Of a DNA stretch of 64,000 nucleotides, positions 25,336-36,541 are shown one piece after another (the stretch's first letter is position 1; every line of letters begins with the position of its first letter). The position numbers were made by a program, and so were the translations under genes. The stretch spans positions 206,221 to 270,220 of the forward strand of contig JAKQKX010000016.1 in the NCBI GenBank assembly GCA_029560465.1, read 5' to 3'. Under the pieces are notes generated by a model, which did no database searches, was not told where the DNA came from, and was given only the letters and a program-made list of their open reading frames with translations. The DNA comes from Candidatus Omnitrophota bacterium. GTDB lineage: Bacteria; Omnitrophota; Gorgyraeia; Zapsychrales; JANLHA01.

Positions 25336-26178
25336 ATGTCATTGTTCGGCAAAAAGCAGTACACGCTTATCAGTGTGAAGAAAAAAAATATCCCGGAAGG
25401 GATATGGTCCAAGTGTCCGGAGTGCCAGTCCCCGACCTATGTCAAAGCCCTGCAGGATAACCTGAACGTGTGCCCGAAATGCCGCTACCATTTTTCCCTG
25501 ACAGCCCAGCAACGCATCGATCTTTTAATAGATCCCGGGACATTTGAGGAGTTTGACGCACATCTGGTTTCCCAGGACCCTTTGGAGTTCAAGGGGCCCA
25601 AGACGTATCTTGAAAAATTGTTCAGCGACACTAAAATCACGGGATTGAAGGACGCCGTGATTACGGGGAGAGGGGACATGAATGGCCAGCCCCTGGTTTT
25701 TTGCGTGACAGATTCCCGTTTTATTATGGGATCCATGGGGTCGGTGGTCGGAGAACGGATCACGCGCGCGATTGAGTATGGCACGCGCCAGCAGCTGCCC
25801 GTGGTGATTGTGTCTGGTTCCGGTGGCGGCGCGAGAATGTACGAAGGCCTGTTTTCTTTGATGCAGATGGCCAAGACCTGTGCGGCCTTGGCAAAGCATC
25901 ACGAAGCGGGCTTGTTGCATGTTTCTGTGTTGACGAATCCTACGATGGCTGGAATTATGGCGTCTTTTGCCGGTATCGGGGATGTGATTATTGCTGAACC
26001 CAAGGCCCTGATAGGATTTACCGGCCCTCGGGTTATTGAGCAGACAATCCGGCAAAAGCTTCCGGGTGGGTTCCAGCGTTCAGAATTTCTCTTGGAGCAC
26101 GGCTTGATCGATATGATTACCGATCGTAAAGACATGAAGCAGCTCCTGACCCAGCTGATTCAGTATTGCCAAGTATAA
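25336..26178 (+). CDS. accD: Acetyl-CoA carboxylase carboxyltransferase subunit beta
   Basis: N-terminal zinc ribbon CPECQSP...CPKCRYHF and a carboxyltransferase domain (GSMGSVVGE, GGARMYEG). Confidence 0.9.
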   Translation: MSLFGKKQYTLISVKKKNIPEGIWSKCPECQSPTYVKALQDNLNVCPKCRYHFSLTAQQRIDLLIDPGTFEEFDAHLVSQDPLEFKGPKTYLEKLFSDTKITGLKDAVITGRGDMNGQPLVFCVTDSRFIMGSMGSVVGERITRAIEYGTRQQLPVVIVSGSGGGARMYEGLFSLMQMAKTCAALAKHHEAGLLHVSVLTNPTMAGIMASFAGIGDVIIAEPKALIGFTGPRVIEQTIRQKLPGGFQRSEFLLEHGLIDMITDRKDMKQLLTQLIQYCQV

Positions 26179-26267
26179 TTCTTAACTCCCGTAAAATAAA
26201 AAAGTTGCAAGATTTTAATTTTTTTAATAAAATAGAAACCATGTCTTTAACTTAAAAGGATAGCGTC

Positions 26268-27371
26268 ATGGCACAAATCAGCATTAAGAATGTTAGTAAA
26301 ATATATAAAGGCGGGGTCAAAGCCGTTGACAATGTGTCCCTTGGCATTGAAAATAGGGAATTCCTGGTCCTGGTCGGGCCTTCCGGATGCGGGAAGTCCA
26401 CGACCCTGCGTATGATTGCGGGGCTGGAGGATATTTCCGAAGGCAATATCTGGATTGGAGACAGGCTTGTTAATGATGTCCCGGCAAAAGACCGCAACAT
26501 TGCCATGGTGTTCCAGAATTATGCTCTTTACCCGCACATGACGGTTTTTGAAAATATGGCTTTTGGTCTTCGGCTAAGGAAATATCCCAAGAGTGAAATT
26601 ACCCGCCGGGTTCATGAAGCGGCGGAAATCTTGGGGATCAAAATGTACCTGGAACGCAAGCCTCGTCAGCTTTCCGGCGGGGAGAGGCAGCGCGTGGCCT
26701 TGGGCCGGGCGATTGTCCGTAAACCGGAAGTATTTCTGTTTGATGAACCCCTCAGCAACCTGGACGCGAAGATGCGGGTCTTGATGCGTACGGAAATCCA
26801 TAAGTTGCGGCTGCGGTTGCAGACCACGTTCGTTTATGTGACTCATGACCAGGTCGAGGCCATGACCTTGGGCGACCGGATTGCCGTCATGCTCAAAGGC
26901 AAGATTCAACAATGCGCGGATCCGATAACAATTTATGATAAGCCGGCGAACAAGTTCGTGGCGAGCTTTATTGGGTCGCCGCCGATCAACTTAATGGAAG
27001 GCCGTATCATCAAAAAGGACCGCCGGTATTATTTTGACGAGGGGAAATTCCATATTAAAATCGTTGAAGAAATGCATAAGCCGATCGCTCCGTACCAGGG
27101 GAAAGACATCATCTTCGGGATACGGGCGGAAGATATTTATGATAAACTGTTTGTGTCGGAGGCGTCTCCCGAGAACACGATCAAGGCGACCTGTGAAGTG
27201 GTTGAACCGATGGGCTCTGAAGTATATTTGTACCTAAATTCCGGGAAAAACACGTTTCTTGCCCGGGTAGGCGCTCATGACCGCCCGGAAGTCAACCGTG
27301 ATATGGATCTGGTTTTTGATATGAGCAAGGTACACTTTTTTGATAAGGACACTGAAGAAACAATTATATAA
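26268..27371 (+). CDS. ABC transporter ATP-binding protein, MalK/UgpC-type sugar importer ATPase
   Basis: GPSGCGKST, LSGGERQRVALGRA, FLFDEPLSNLD, and a C-terminal TOBE-like regulatory domain. Confidence 0.8.
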   Translation: MAQISIKNVSKIYKGGVKAVDNVSLGIENREFLVLVGPSGCGKSTTLRMIAGLEDISEGNIWIGDRLVNDVPAKDRNIAMVFQNYALYPHMTVFENMAFGLRLRKYPKSEITRRVHEAAEILGIKMYLERKPRQLSGGERQRVALGRAIVRKPEVFLFDEPLSNLDAKMRVLMRTEIHKLRLRLQTTFVYVTHDQVEAMTLGDRIAVMLKGKIQQCADPITIYDKPANKFVASFIGSPPINLMEGRIIKKDRRYYFDEGKFHIKIVEEMHKPIAPYQGKDIIFGIRAEDIYDKLFVSEASPENTIKATCEVVEPMGSEVYLYLNSGKNTFLARVGAHDRPEVNRDMDLVFDMSKVHFFDKDTEETII

Positions 27372-28641
27372 TCAACGCTGTTTCTACCTTACCGCTGTAT
27401 CCCTGCCCCTTATAGGTTTTTTTGTCTACGCCACCCTGTATCATCCCGCTTTTTTTTATCTTTTAGCTTTGGACCTACTGGTCGGCCTGCTTTACCTTTT
27501 TTATATTTATCAAGATATGGCGCAACGCCGCGCCGGTGTTGAACTCCAGAAACAGGACATGACGGAGAAAGCCAACCTTTTAGACGAAGAAATGAACCAG
27601 GAATGGACCAGCATTGAATCTTACTGTAAGAAAATATTGAATTATTCCCAGCTGAAGGGGCTCACGGAAAAATTGTGCGTCAGTTTTACGCTGCAGGAAA
27701 CGTCCGCGGTCCTCTCTTCGGAAGTGAATAAGTTTTTCGGAGACAGGGACGCGACGGTGATCCTGTACCTGTTTCATTCCCGTACGGGCGAATTGGGGTT
27801 GTCGGCGTCCCAAAAAGGCGAGATGCGCATTAATGTCGAGGCCAAAAAGGGGGATTTATATGACCAGTGGGTCGTGAAGACTTTAAAACCGCTTTTGATC
27901 GAGGATATCCGGACGGATTTCCGCTTCGACGCCGATAAACTGGAGGGCGAGCGCTCCCGGGCTGTCCGTTCTTTAATGAGCGTCCCGATGTGCCTGGGGG
28001 CCAAAGCGGTCGGTATCCTTCGGGTGGACAGCACGCGGGAGAATTATTTTACGACGGAAGATGTCCGGCTGCTGAATACGATCGCGGATCTGGGGGCCAT
28101 GGCGGTTGAAAACGCCCAGTTGTACGAACGGATTGAAGATTTGGCGATCCGGGACAGCCTGACAGGGCTTTTTTTGCGGCGGCATTTTCTTGAGAGGATC
28201 GGGCAGGAGATGGCCCGGCAACTGAAGCGCCAGCAGCCGCTTTCATTCCTGATGCTGGATCTTGACGAGTTTAAACAATACAATGACCGTTACGGCCATC
28301 CGGCCGGAGACATTGTCCTTAAAACCATAGGGCAGATTCTGAGGGAGATGTTTTCATCCCCGGAGTTTTTTATCTGCCGTTACGGGGGGGAGGAGTTCGC
28401 GGTGCTGTTACCGGATTGCCCCAAGGACGAAGCGTTGGTTCTGGCGGAAAGACTCCGGGAACGGATTCAAAACCAGCCGGTTGTGCTGCGCCGGGAACGA
28501 ACCCGCGTGACAGTCTCTATCGGGGTGGCGACATTCCCCGATGACGCTCAACTCAAGGAAGATCTGGTGGCGAAGGCGGATATGGCCATGTACCGGGCTA
28601 AAGCCACGGGGCGGAACCGAGTTTGCCCCGCGGCCCCATAA
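27340..28641 (+). CDS. Diguanylate cyclase (TM + GAF + GGDEF)
   Basis: Two N-terminal TM helices, a GAF-like region, and RYGGEEF (GGEEF) with the upstream D-x-LTG block. The tracked start overlaps the preceding gene by 32 nt, so the true start is uncertain. Confidence 0.75.
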   Translation: MIRTLKKQLYNQRCFYLTAVSLPLIGFFVYATLYHPAFFYLLALDLLVGLLYLFYIYQDMAQRRAGVELQKQDMTEKANLLDEEMNQEWTSIESYCKKILNYSQLKGLTEKLCVSFTLQETSAVLSSEVNKFFGDRDATVILYLFHSRTGELGLSASQKGEMRINVEAKKGDLYDQWVVKTLKPLLIEDIRTDFRFDADKLEGERSRAVRSLMSVPMCLGAKAVGILRVDSTRENYFTTEDVRLLNTIADLGAMAVENAQLYERIEDLAIRDSLTGLFLRRHFLERIGQEMARQLKRQQPLSFLMLDLDEFKQYNDRYGHPAGDIVLKTIGQILREMFSSPEFFICRYGGEEFAVLLPDCPKDEALVLAERLRERIQNQPVVLRRERTRVTVSIGVATFPDDAQLKEDLVAKADMAMYRAKATGRNRVCPAAP

Positions 28642-28662
28642 ACCCGTTTTGGGATAAAAAGC

Positions 28663-29697
28663 ATGATGAATTTCACCTCGATAGAATGGCTTTCCGCGGC
28701 AGGGTATTTTGCTTGTGTTGTGTTTGTCCTCCGGCGGATGCATGTGTCTTTTCAGCATAAATGCGCCATTGATGTGCTGGAAGCCCGCCGGTATTTCAAT
28801 TCCTTGCAGCAGAAAAAGATGGAGATTGATGAAGAGAAAGTAAAATTCGCCGAGGAAGCCCAGGAGATTTTTGCCCTGTATGATATGACAAAGGAGCTGA
28901 GCAAGAATTTCAGCGAGGACGATTCGATCCGCATTTTTAAAGCCAAGTTGTCCGACAGCGTCCGTTGCGACGAATGCCGGTTTGTGCTCCCGGCCGTGGA
29001 AGAAAAGAAAACCATCCCGCAGGCACCGGAAGGGTCCGTCATCCCTTTGATCGCTCAACAGCAGCTTTTGGGGTATTTGCTCCTGAAAGGGTGCTCTTCG
29101 GAGGGGCTTGAAAAAGCGGCCATCCTGGCGCATCAATTGGCTCTGGTGGTCCGGAGGGACCGGTTATACCGGCAGGTCGAGTCCCTGGCTATCACAGACA
29201 GTTTAACCGGGGTCCACACGCGCCGGTATATTTTGGAACGGTTCCACGAAGAGCTTCTCCGGGCCCGCACCCAGAAGATTCCTATTTCGTTTCTGATGAT
29301 CGACGTGGATTATTTCAAACACTTCAATGACCAATACGGGCATTTGACCGGGGACCAAATATTGAGAAACGTGGCCACTATTATTCAGGAGAATATCCGT
29401 CAGATCGATATTATCGGCCGGTATGGGGGGGAGGAGTTTTGTGTCATCCTCCCGGAGGCGGATGGCAGTGGGGCGCAGTATGTGGCGGAACGTATGCGCC
29501 AGGCTGTGGAAAAAGCGGTGGTCAAAGCTTACGATACCAAAGTGCGGCTGACGATCAGCATTGGCATTGCCTGTTATCCAGCCGATGGAAGAAAGGTGGC
29601 GGAGCTGATAGACAAGGCGGATTGGGCGCTTTACCGGGCCAAGAAAATAGGGCGCAATAAAGTGTGTGTATTCGGGGTTTATGACGAAAAAGACTGA
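28663..29697 (+). CDS. Diguanylate cyclase (TM + sensor + GGDEF)
   Basis: N-terminal TM helix, a GAF-like sensor, and RYGGEEF with the RxGGDE context. Confidence 0.75.
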   Translation: MMNFTSIEWLSAAGYFACVVFVLRRMHVSFQHKCAIDVLEARRYFNSLQQKKMEIDEEKVKFAEEAQEIFALYDMTKELSKNFSEDDSIRIFKAKLSDSVRCDECRFVLPAVEEKKTIPQAPEGSVIPLIAQQQLLGYLLLKGCSSEGLEKAAILAHQLALVVRRDRLYRQVESLAITDSLTGVHTRRYILERFHEELLRARTQKIPISFLMIDVDYFKHFNDQYGHLTGDQILRNVATIIQENIRQIDIIGRYGGEEFCVILPEADGSGAQYVAERMRQAVEKAVVKAYDTKVRLTISIGIACYPADGRKVAELIDKADWALYRAKKIGRNKVCVFGVYDEKD

Positions 29698-29803
29698 CGC
29701 GGGCCCACGGGCGAGACGGGTACGGCTTCCTCGCTTTTCACCTTGAATCCCTCCTGGAAATCGTGTAGAATGAAAGCAATTTTTCTTATTATAAAATATT
29801 ATT

Positions 29804-30730
29804 ATGAATAAAATTATTATAGGCGTTGATGTCGGCGGCACAAACACGAAATGCGGCCTTGTTGACACGCGGGGACGGGTTGTGGACAGGGCCCGGATTG
29901 ATACAAGGCAGTATTTGTCAAAACAAAGTTTGTTGTTTTCGGCTATCGTGGATACGGTCTTAGGCCTTATTCAAAAATACCGCGGCGAGCGTTCTGATAT
30001 CTTGGGGGTCGGGATGGGGCTGCCGGGGTTGATTGACACGGAGAAAGGGATCGTGAGAATCTTGCCGAATATCCCCGGATGGCGCAATGTCCCGCTCCAG
30101 CGCATGATGGAAGATAGACTGGGTCTGCCGACCAGGATTGAGAATGATGTGAACCTGATTACCCTAGGGGAATGGAAGTATGGCGCTGGCATTGGTTGCC
30201 GAAATCTTGTGTGTATGACTTTGGGCACGGGCGTCGGCAGCGGCTTGATCCTGGATAACCGCCTGTATCGAGGAGAAGGCTTTGCCGCCGGAGAAATCGG
30301 GCATATGCCGCTTAAGAGGCATGGGCTTAAGTGTAATTGCGGAGGTTCCGCCTGTTTTGAACGTTACGTGGGCAATACTGTCTTGGTGAAAAAAGCCAGG
30401 AGATTGTTCCGGGACAAAACAATAACTCTGGAACAGGTTTCTTTATTGGCCGCCCGGGAAGACCCCCGGGCGGTTGCTTTCTGGCACGAAACTGCGGTTA
30501 CGGTCGGCGACGCTTTAACCGGGGTCGTCAATCTGCTGAACCCGAGGCTGATCATTATCGGGGGAGGGGTTGCGAACGCTCACCGGTTTTTATTTAAAAC
30601 AATCACGGACACGATCCGGGCCCGGGCCATGACCGTCCAGGGCGCGATGTTTGTGATCAAGAGGGCCAATTTGGGGGATGACGCCGGTCTCATCGGCGCC
30701 CGGGTACTTGTTGATAATCCGGACCTGTGA
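29804..30730 (+). CDS. ROK-family sugar kinase (glucokinase-like)
   Basis: IGVDVGGTNTKCG, zinc motif GHMPL...CNCGGSACFE, and GGGV near the C-terminus. Confidence 0.75.
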   Translation: MNKIIIGVDVGGTNTKCGLVDTRGRVVDRARIDTRQYLSKQSLLFSAIVDTVLGLIQKYRGERSDILGVGMGLPGLIDTEKGIVRILPNIPGWRNVPLQRMMEDRLGLPTRIENDVNLITLGEWKYGAGIGCRNLVCMTLGTGVGSGLILDNRLYRGEGFAAGEIGHMPLKRHGLKCNCGGSACFERYVGNTVLVKKARRLFRDKTITLEQVSLLAAREDPRAVAFWHETAVTVGDALTGVVNLLNPRLIIIGGGVANAHRFLFKTITDTIRARAMTVQGAMFVIKRANLGDDAGLIGARVLVDNPDL

Positions 30731-30754
30731 TGGCGGCAGCGTATTATAAGGATA

Positions 30755-32899
30755 ATGTTTTCAATCCATTTTAAAATTCCGCGGACAAAAAGAAACCGGC
30801 CCCGGCTGTTCCTGTGGGGGGCGTTTTTATTGGTTCAGGGAATGTTTTTTTCCGGAGTGGCCGGGGCCGGAGGGGACATCACACCCGTCGAGATTAATGG
30901 CGACCGCGTCGAATATTTGATCCATGAGAACAAGGTTGTTGCTCAGGGGAACGTGTCTGTGAAAAAAGAGGGCGTGACGCTGCTTTGTGATTCCGTGGAG
31001 TTTTCCAACCAGTCCAGCATGGCTTATGCCGAAGGCAACGTTGTTCTAATCCGCGGCAATCAGAGATTGACTGGAGACAGCCTGAATTTTAATTTTTCGA
31101 GCATGAAGGGCGATTTTGAGGAGACAGTCATCGCCGCCGAACCTTTTTACGGGGCCGGGGAAAAAGTTTCCAGGATTGCAGAGAACCATCTGGTCCTTGA
31201 CCGCGGCTTTATTACGACCTGCGACCTGGATGACCCGCATTTTCGCTTTGTGGCCCGGAAGATTGATATTTACCCGGGGGATAAAGCTGTCGCCAGAAAC
31301 GTGCGGTTGCAGATCGGGCAGGTGCCCATCTTTTATCTTCCGAAATATACCCAGGACCTGACCGGCCGGAAACCGGCTTTTCTTGTGACTCCGGGGTATG
31401 ACAAAGACTGGGGGCCTTTTCTGTTAGGCCGGTGGCGGTATGAGTTGTCCCCGAAGGTTAAAGGGACCGTGCATGTGGATTACCGGCAAAAGAAGGATGT
31501 GGCGTGGGGCGTGGATACGGATTATAAAACGGACCGGTACGGGCACGGCCTGATCCGGACATATTACATGAACGAGCGTGACGTCAAAGCCGATTATTTT
31601 TTTGATGAACGGACCGAGCCCACTGTCGAACGGGAACGCTATAAAGTGGAGTGGCGGCATAAGTGGAACGTGGATCAGGATACGAGCGCGGTTCTGCAGT
31701 ATTATAGACTCAGTGACGCGGCTTTCCTGAAGGATTATTTCCAAAGAGAAAATGAGGCCGAGAACAATCCTTCCACCTATTTTCTTCTAAGCCGAAATTT
31801 CCCGACCGGGACATTAAGTTTCAGGACGGATGCCAGGGTCAACCGCTTTACAAGCATTGTGGAGCGGCTTCCCGAAATCAGTTATGCCCTCCCGAACCGG
31901 GAGCTTGGAAACACAGGGTTTTATTTCAAGGACACATCCACCTATTCGAACCTTTCGTTGAAACCGGCCAGCCCGTCCGAGGACGCGCTTAAAACCATGA
32001 GGGTGGACTCGGAAAACGAACTGTCTTATCCCCTGAAGGTCAGTTTTATCGAAGTCAAACCTTATGCCGGACTCCGGCAGACATATTACAGCCGCACCAA
32101 GGACCCGGCGGATTATAATTCTGTCCGGGGACTTTTTTTCACCGGCTCGGACTTGAGCACAAAATTTTATAAGATCTATGAAGCCTATATCGACCAGTGG
32201 GGGCTGGATATCAAGCGGTTACGGCACGTGGTTACTCCGTCGGTGTCTTATTTGTACCGTCATGACCCCACCCTGGAGAATGAGGCCCTCGACCAGTTTG
32301 ACAGTATCGATTCCCAGGTGCGGGCGCATTCGCTCAATTTCAACCTGGAAAACAAATTCCAGACCAAACGCCAGGGCAAAAGCGTTGATCTCGCCCGGGT
32401 GATGGTGGGGACCAATTTCCTTTTAAAAGAGGACCCGGGAAAGGGCGGCTTTAACACGGTTTCCGGGGACCTGGAGCTGATGCCGTATGACTGGTGGTCT
32501 TTGTATTTTGACGCCGGGTATGATACGATCGAGGAACATTTAAGCACCGCGAATGTCGATTTCTACATCAACGATGAAGGTGACCAGTGGTACGGGAAAT
32601 TCGGGAAACGTTTTAACCGGGAGGTGGATGACCAGCTCACCACGGAATTGGGGTGGAGAGTAAATCCTAAGTGGACGTTCAACGTGTATCACCGGTTCGA
32701 CCTTGATACGGGGGCCCTCAAGGAGCAGCAGTACGGTTTTAAGCGCGACCTTCATGCCTGGACGATGGCGTTGACGTTTAATGAAACCCGCGGGGAGGGC
32801 ACGGAAATCTGGGTTGTGATGACGATGAAAGCTTTCCCGGAGATCGGATTCGATGTGGGCACGAGTTTTAATCGCCGGAAAGCCGGTTCCCAGAATTAG
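30755..32899 (+). CDS. lptD: LPS-assembly protein LptD (OstA family)
   Basis: Signal peptide and an N-terminal OstA/LptA-like beta-jellyroll (INGDRVEY...AQGNVSVKKEGVTLLCDSVEF...AEGNVVLIRGNQRLTGDSLNFNF). This is followed by a ~550-aa beta-barrel-like region rich in alternating aromatics. Confidence 0.65.
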   Translation: MFSIHFKIPRTKRNRPRLFLWGAFLLVQGMFFSGVAGAGGDITPVEINGDRVEYLIHENKVVAQGNVSVKKEGVTLLCDSVEFSNQSSMAYAEGNVVLIRGNQRLTGDSLNFNFSSMKGDFEETVIAAEPFYGAGEKVSRIAENHLVLDRGFITTCDLDDPHFRFVARKIDIYPGDKAVARNVRLQIGQVPIFYLPKYTQDLTGRKPAFLVTPGYDKDWGPFLLGRWRYELSPKVKGTVHVDYRQKKDVAWGVDTDYKTDRYGHGLIRTYYMNERDVKADYFFDERTEPTVERERYKVEWRHKWNVDQDTSAVLQYYRLSDAAFLKDYFQRENEAENNPSTYFLLSRNFPTGTLSFRTDARVNRFTSIVERLPEISYALPNRELGNTGFYFKDTSTYSNLSLKPASPSEDALKTMRVDSENELSYPLKVSFIEVKPYAGLRQTYYSRTKDPADYNSVRGLFFTGSDLSTKFYKIYEAYIDQWGLDIKRLRHVVTPSVSYLYRHDPTLENEALDQFDSIDSQVRAHSLNFNLENKFQTKRQGKSVDLARVMVGTNFLLKEDPGKGGFNTVSGDLELMPYDWWSLYFDAGYDTIEEHLSTANVDFYINDEGDQWYGKFGKRFNREVDDQLTTELGWRVNPKWTFNVYHRFDLDTGALKEQQYGFKRDLHAWTMALTFNETRGEGTEIWVVMTMKAFPEIGFDVGTSFNRRKAGSQN

Positions 32900-32937
32900 G
32901 AACGGCCGGTGGGTGTTCTATTAAGAAAGGATTTTGT

Positions 32938-34248
32938 ATGAATATTTCAATCATTGGATGTGGTTATGTGGGGCTGGTGACGGGGGTGTGTTTGGCCTCG
33001 ATCGGGCACAGGGTTCTTTGTGTGGATAGTGACCAGGAAAAGATCAAGAAATTGAAGGCGGGCCATGTGCCGATTTACGAGCCCGGCCTGGATGCCCTTA
33101 TGCGTGAGGCGGTGAAGAAAGGTCGCTTGAGTTTTGGCGGGTCGGTCCGGGAGGCGACACAGAAGACGGACGTCATCTTTATCGCCGTGGGAACGCCGTC
33201 CAAAAAGAACGGGGAGGCGGATTTAACGTATGTTGAGAATGTCGCCCGGCAGATCGCCATGAGCATGACAGCTTATAAATTGATTATTGAAAAGTCCACC
33301 GTGCCGGCGGAAACGGGAAAGCGCATTGAACGCACGATCCGGCTGAATTTGCCTAAACGCAGTAAGACGATCCCTTTTGACGTGGCGTCCAACCCGGAAT
33401 TTTTACGGGAAGGCTCAGCAATCGAAGATTTTATGAACCCGGACCGGGTGGTGATCGGGGTCGAGTCCGCCCGGGCTGAGAAAATTTTGCGCGAAATTTA
33501 TCAGCCGCTAAACCCGCATATCGTGGTGACAAATATTAATTCCGCGGAAATCATTAAGCACGCGTCCAATTCGTTTTTAGCCACAAAAATTTCTTTCGCG
33601 AACGCTCTGGCGCAGATCTGCGACCGCGTCGGCGCGGACGTCCTGAAGGTGGCCGAGGGCATGGGGTATGATAAAAGAATTGGGAAAAGTTTTTTGAGGG
33701 CCGGAATCGGGTACGGCGGCAGTTGTTTCCCCAAAGACGTTGACGCCTTTATCCGCCTTAGCGAACGGAGCGGGTACCAGTTTAACCTTCTCAAGGAAGT
33801 CCGGCAGGTGAATGAGGAACAGAAAGCTATTTTTGTCCGGCTGATTGAGGACAAGCTGTGGATTTTGAAAGATAAAGTGATCGGCGTCCTGGGGCTGGCT
33901 TTCAAGCCGGACACGGACGACATGCGCAATGCCCCGTCCCTGGATATCATCGCCGCTTTGCAGAAAGAAGGGGCGAAAGTGAAAGCCTATGACCCACAGG
34001 CGATGGGGCAGGCCAGGAAAGTGCTTAAGAAAGTGACTTTTTGTAAAGATATTTACGCGTTAGCCAAGGGCTGTGACTGTTTGTTGTTGCTGACCGAATG
34101 GGGAGAGTTTAAGAAAATAAATTTTAAGAAAGTTAAAACGCTTATGAGGCAAGCTGTTATTTTCGATGGGAGAAATTTGTATCACGCAGACCGTTTGAAC
34201 GATTTGGGGTATGAATATTATGGCATCGGCCGGGGCGTTTCTGTTTAG
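32938..34248 (+). CDS. ugd: UDP-glucose 6-dehydrogenase
   Basis: IIGCGYVGLVTG Rossmann, catalytic GGSCFPKD, and the UDPG_MGDP_dh C-terminal domain. Confidence 0.8.
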   Translation: MNISIIGCGYVGLVTGVCLASIGHRVLCVDSDQEKIKKLKAGHVPIYEPGLDALMREAVKKGRLSFGGSVREATQKTDVIFIAVGTPSKKNGEADLTYVENVARQIAMSMTAYKLIIEKSTVPAETGKRIERTIRLNLPKRSKTIPFDVASNPEFLREGSAIEDFMNPDRVVIGVESARAEKILREIYQPLNPHIVVTNINSAEIIKHASNSFLATKISFANALAQICDRVGADVLKVAEGMGYDKRIGKSFLRAGIGYGGSCFPKDVDAFIRLSERSGYQFNLLKEVRQVNEEQKAIFVRLIEDKLWILKDKVIGVLGLAFKPDTDDMRNAPSLDIIAALQKEGAKVKAYDPQAMGQARKVLKKVTFCKDIYALAKGCDCLLLLTEWGEFKKINFKKVKTLMRQAVIFDGRNLYHADRLNDLGYEYYGIGRGVSV

Positions 34249-34266
34249 GAGACCGAAAGGGGAGAA

Positions 34267-35571
34267 ATGATGGCGGCTTCTTTGAAAAGAAAGATTGAAT
34301 CCCGGAAGGCGAAAATCGCTGTCTTGGGCCTGGGCTATGTGGGGCTTCCCTTGGCCGTTAATTTCGCCAAGCAAGGATATTCCGTCCACGGGCTCGATAA
34401 AGACCAGGACAGGGTTGATCATGTCCGGGAGAGGGTGAGTTATATTTCTGATATCCCGACCAAGGATGTCGCGGCTGTCGTTCAAGCCGGGCGCCTGGAT
34501 GCGGGAATGGACTTTTCCGTGATCTCGGACATGGATGTCCTGATCATTTGTGTGCCGACCCCGCTTAAAAGCAAGTACACGCCGGATATCTCGTATATTG
34601 TGGACGCCGTCAGGACCATCCGGCGTTATTTACGGAAAGGCACGCTGATTGTTTTGGAAAGCACGACCTATCCCGGCACCACCAAAGAGCTCATCCTGCC
34701 GGAGATTGAAAAATCCGGGCTGAAGAGCGGAAAAGATTTCTTCCTGGCGTTCTCTCCGGAGAGGATCGATCCCGGCAACAGCCAGTATGACGTGACAAAA
34801 ATTACCAAGGTCGTGGGCGGCGTCACGCCGGAAAGCGGGCGGCTGACGAAGGCCCTTTATGAAAAGATTATCTGTAAAGTCCATTGCGTGGCGACGGCGG
34901 AAGCGGCGGAGATGACCAAGCTCCTGGAAAACTCCTTCCGTATCATTAATATAGGATGGATTAATGAGTTGGCGATGATGTGCCACAAGTTGGGCGTCGA
35001 TATCTGGGAAGTGATTGAGGCGGCCAAGACCAAGCCTTTCGGCTTTATGCCTTTCTATCCCGGCCTGGGCGTGGGCGGACATTGTATCCCGGATGACCCG
35101 CTTTATTTATACTGGAAGGCTAAACAATACGGGTTCAGCTCGAAATATATTAAAATATCCGCAGACACGAATTCATACATGACGCAATACGCCGTTGAGC
35201 GCCTGCGTGATATTCTCGCCGGGAAAGGGAAGGATATGAAGGGGGCCCGAATTTTTATCCTGGGGGTTACGTATAAAAAAGACGTCAAGGACCTTCGCAA
35301 GTCGCCGCCGCTGAAATTGTTACAACTTTTGCAGGCGGCGGGGTGCCAGGTCGACTATCACGACCCGATGATCCCTTATCTGGATTTCCCCGGCATCCAT
35401 CTCACAGCTGTGCCGTTAACGCCCAAAACAGTTAAGGCGAGTGACTGCATCGTGATCGCGACGGACCACACAAAAGTTGATTACGCCATGGTCCGCCGCC
35501 ACGCGAGGCTGATTTTTGATATCCGTAATGTTTATAAAAATACGCCGCACACGAAGGTGATAAAACTGTAA
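34267..35571 (+). CDS. UDP-N-acetyl-D-mannosamine/glucosamine dehydrogenase (WecC/WbpA family)
   Basis: [23 protein letters not shown], nucleotide-sugar dehydrogenase family. Confidence 0.7.
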   Translation: MMAASLKRKIESRKAKIAVLGLGYVGLPLAVNFAKQGYSVHGLDKDQDRVDHVRERVSYISDIPTKDVAAVVQAGRLDAGMDFSVISDMDVLIICVPTPLKSKYTPDISYIVDAVRTIRRYLRKGTLIVLESTTYPGTTKELILPEIEKSGLKSGKDFFLAFSPERIDPGNSQYDVTKITKVVGGVTPESGRLTKALYEKIICKVHCVATAEAAEMTKLLENSFRIINIGWINELAMMCHKLGVDIWEVIEAAKTKPFGFMPFYPGLGVGGHCIPDDPLYLYWKAKQYGFSSKYIKISADTNSYMTQYAVERLRDILAGKGKDMKGARIFILGVTYKKDVKDLRKSPPLKLLQLLQAAGCQVDYHDPMIPYLDFPGIHLTAVPLTPKTVKASDCIVIATDHTKVDYAMVRRHARLIFDIRNVYKNTPHTKVIKL

Positions 35572-35593
35572 ATCAATAGCGAAGGAGTCTGCC

Positions 35594-36541
35594 ATGGGGT
35601 CGAGGAAGAAGGTCGCTGTCGTCACGGGAGGAGCCGGATTCTTGGGAAGTCACCTGTGTGATCGTTTGCTTAAGGAAGGTTGCCGGGTTTTCTGCGTGGA
35701 TAATTTTATTACCGGCAGCGAACAGAATATTCAGCATTTGTATGACAATAAATATTTCCGCCTCATCCGGCATGATATTTCCAAGGAGATACGGATGCCG
35801 GGGCCGGTTGATTATATCCTGCATTTTGCCTCTCCGGCGAGCCCGATTGATTATTTGTTGTTCCCTATTCCCACGTTAAAGGTGGGGTCGCTGGGGACAT
35901 ACAACACTTTGGGGCTGGCGAAATTGAAAAAGTCCCGGTATCTGTTAGCCTCGACATCAGAGGTTTACGGGGACCCGCAGGAGCACCCGCAGAAAGAAAC
36001 GTATTGGGGGCATGTCAATCCCATCGGGCCGCGCGGTGTTTATGACGAGGCTAAACGGTTCGCGGAAGCCATGACCCTGGCGTATCACCGGTACCACAGG
36101 TTGGACACGCGGATCGTGCGGATTTTTAACACCTACGGTCCGCGGATGCGGATCAAAGACGGGCGTGTTGTCCCCAATTTTATTTTTCAGGCGCTTCATC
36201 ATAAACCCCTTACGGTTTACGGGACCGGACAGCAAACCCGGTCGTTTTGTTTTTACACGGACCTTCTGGAAGGCATTGTGAGGCTTCTTGGTTCCGGCTA
36301 TACTGGCCCCGTGAATATCGGGAATCCTGAAGAGTTTACTATTTTGCAGTCGGCAAAATTGGTGTTAAAATTGTCGGGGTCAAAGTCCAAGATTGTGAAG
36401 AAACCCCTTCCCAAAGATGACCCTCAGCAGCGGCGGCCGGATATCTCATTGGCCAAACGCCTGTTGAAATGGTCACCCCGGGTTTCCTTGGAAAAGGGCC
36501 TGGCCGAAACAATAGAGTGGTTTAAACTGCAAAAAATTTGA
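35594..36541 (+). CDS. UDP-glucuronate decarboxylase (UDP-xylose synthase)
   Basis: [16 protein letters not shown]...VDNF.TG, YDEAKR. UXS-type extended SDR. Confidence 0.75.
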   Translation: MGSRKKVAVVTGGAGFLGSHLCDRLLKEGCRVFCVDNFITGSEQNIQHLYDNKYFRLIRHDISKEIRMPGPVDYILHFASPASPIDYLLFPIPTLKVGSLGTYNTLGLAKLKKSRYLLASTSEVYGDPQEHPQKETYWGHVNPIGPRGVYDEAKRFAEAMTLAYHRYHRLDTRIVRIFNTYGPRMRIKDGRVVPNFIFQALHHKPLTVYGTGQQTRSFCFYTDLLEGIVRLLGSGYTGPVNIGNPEEFTILQSAKLVLKLSGSKSKIVKKPLPKDDPQQRRPDISLAKRLLKWSPRVSLEKGLAETIEWFKLQKI

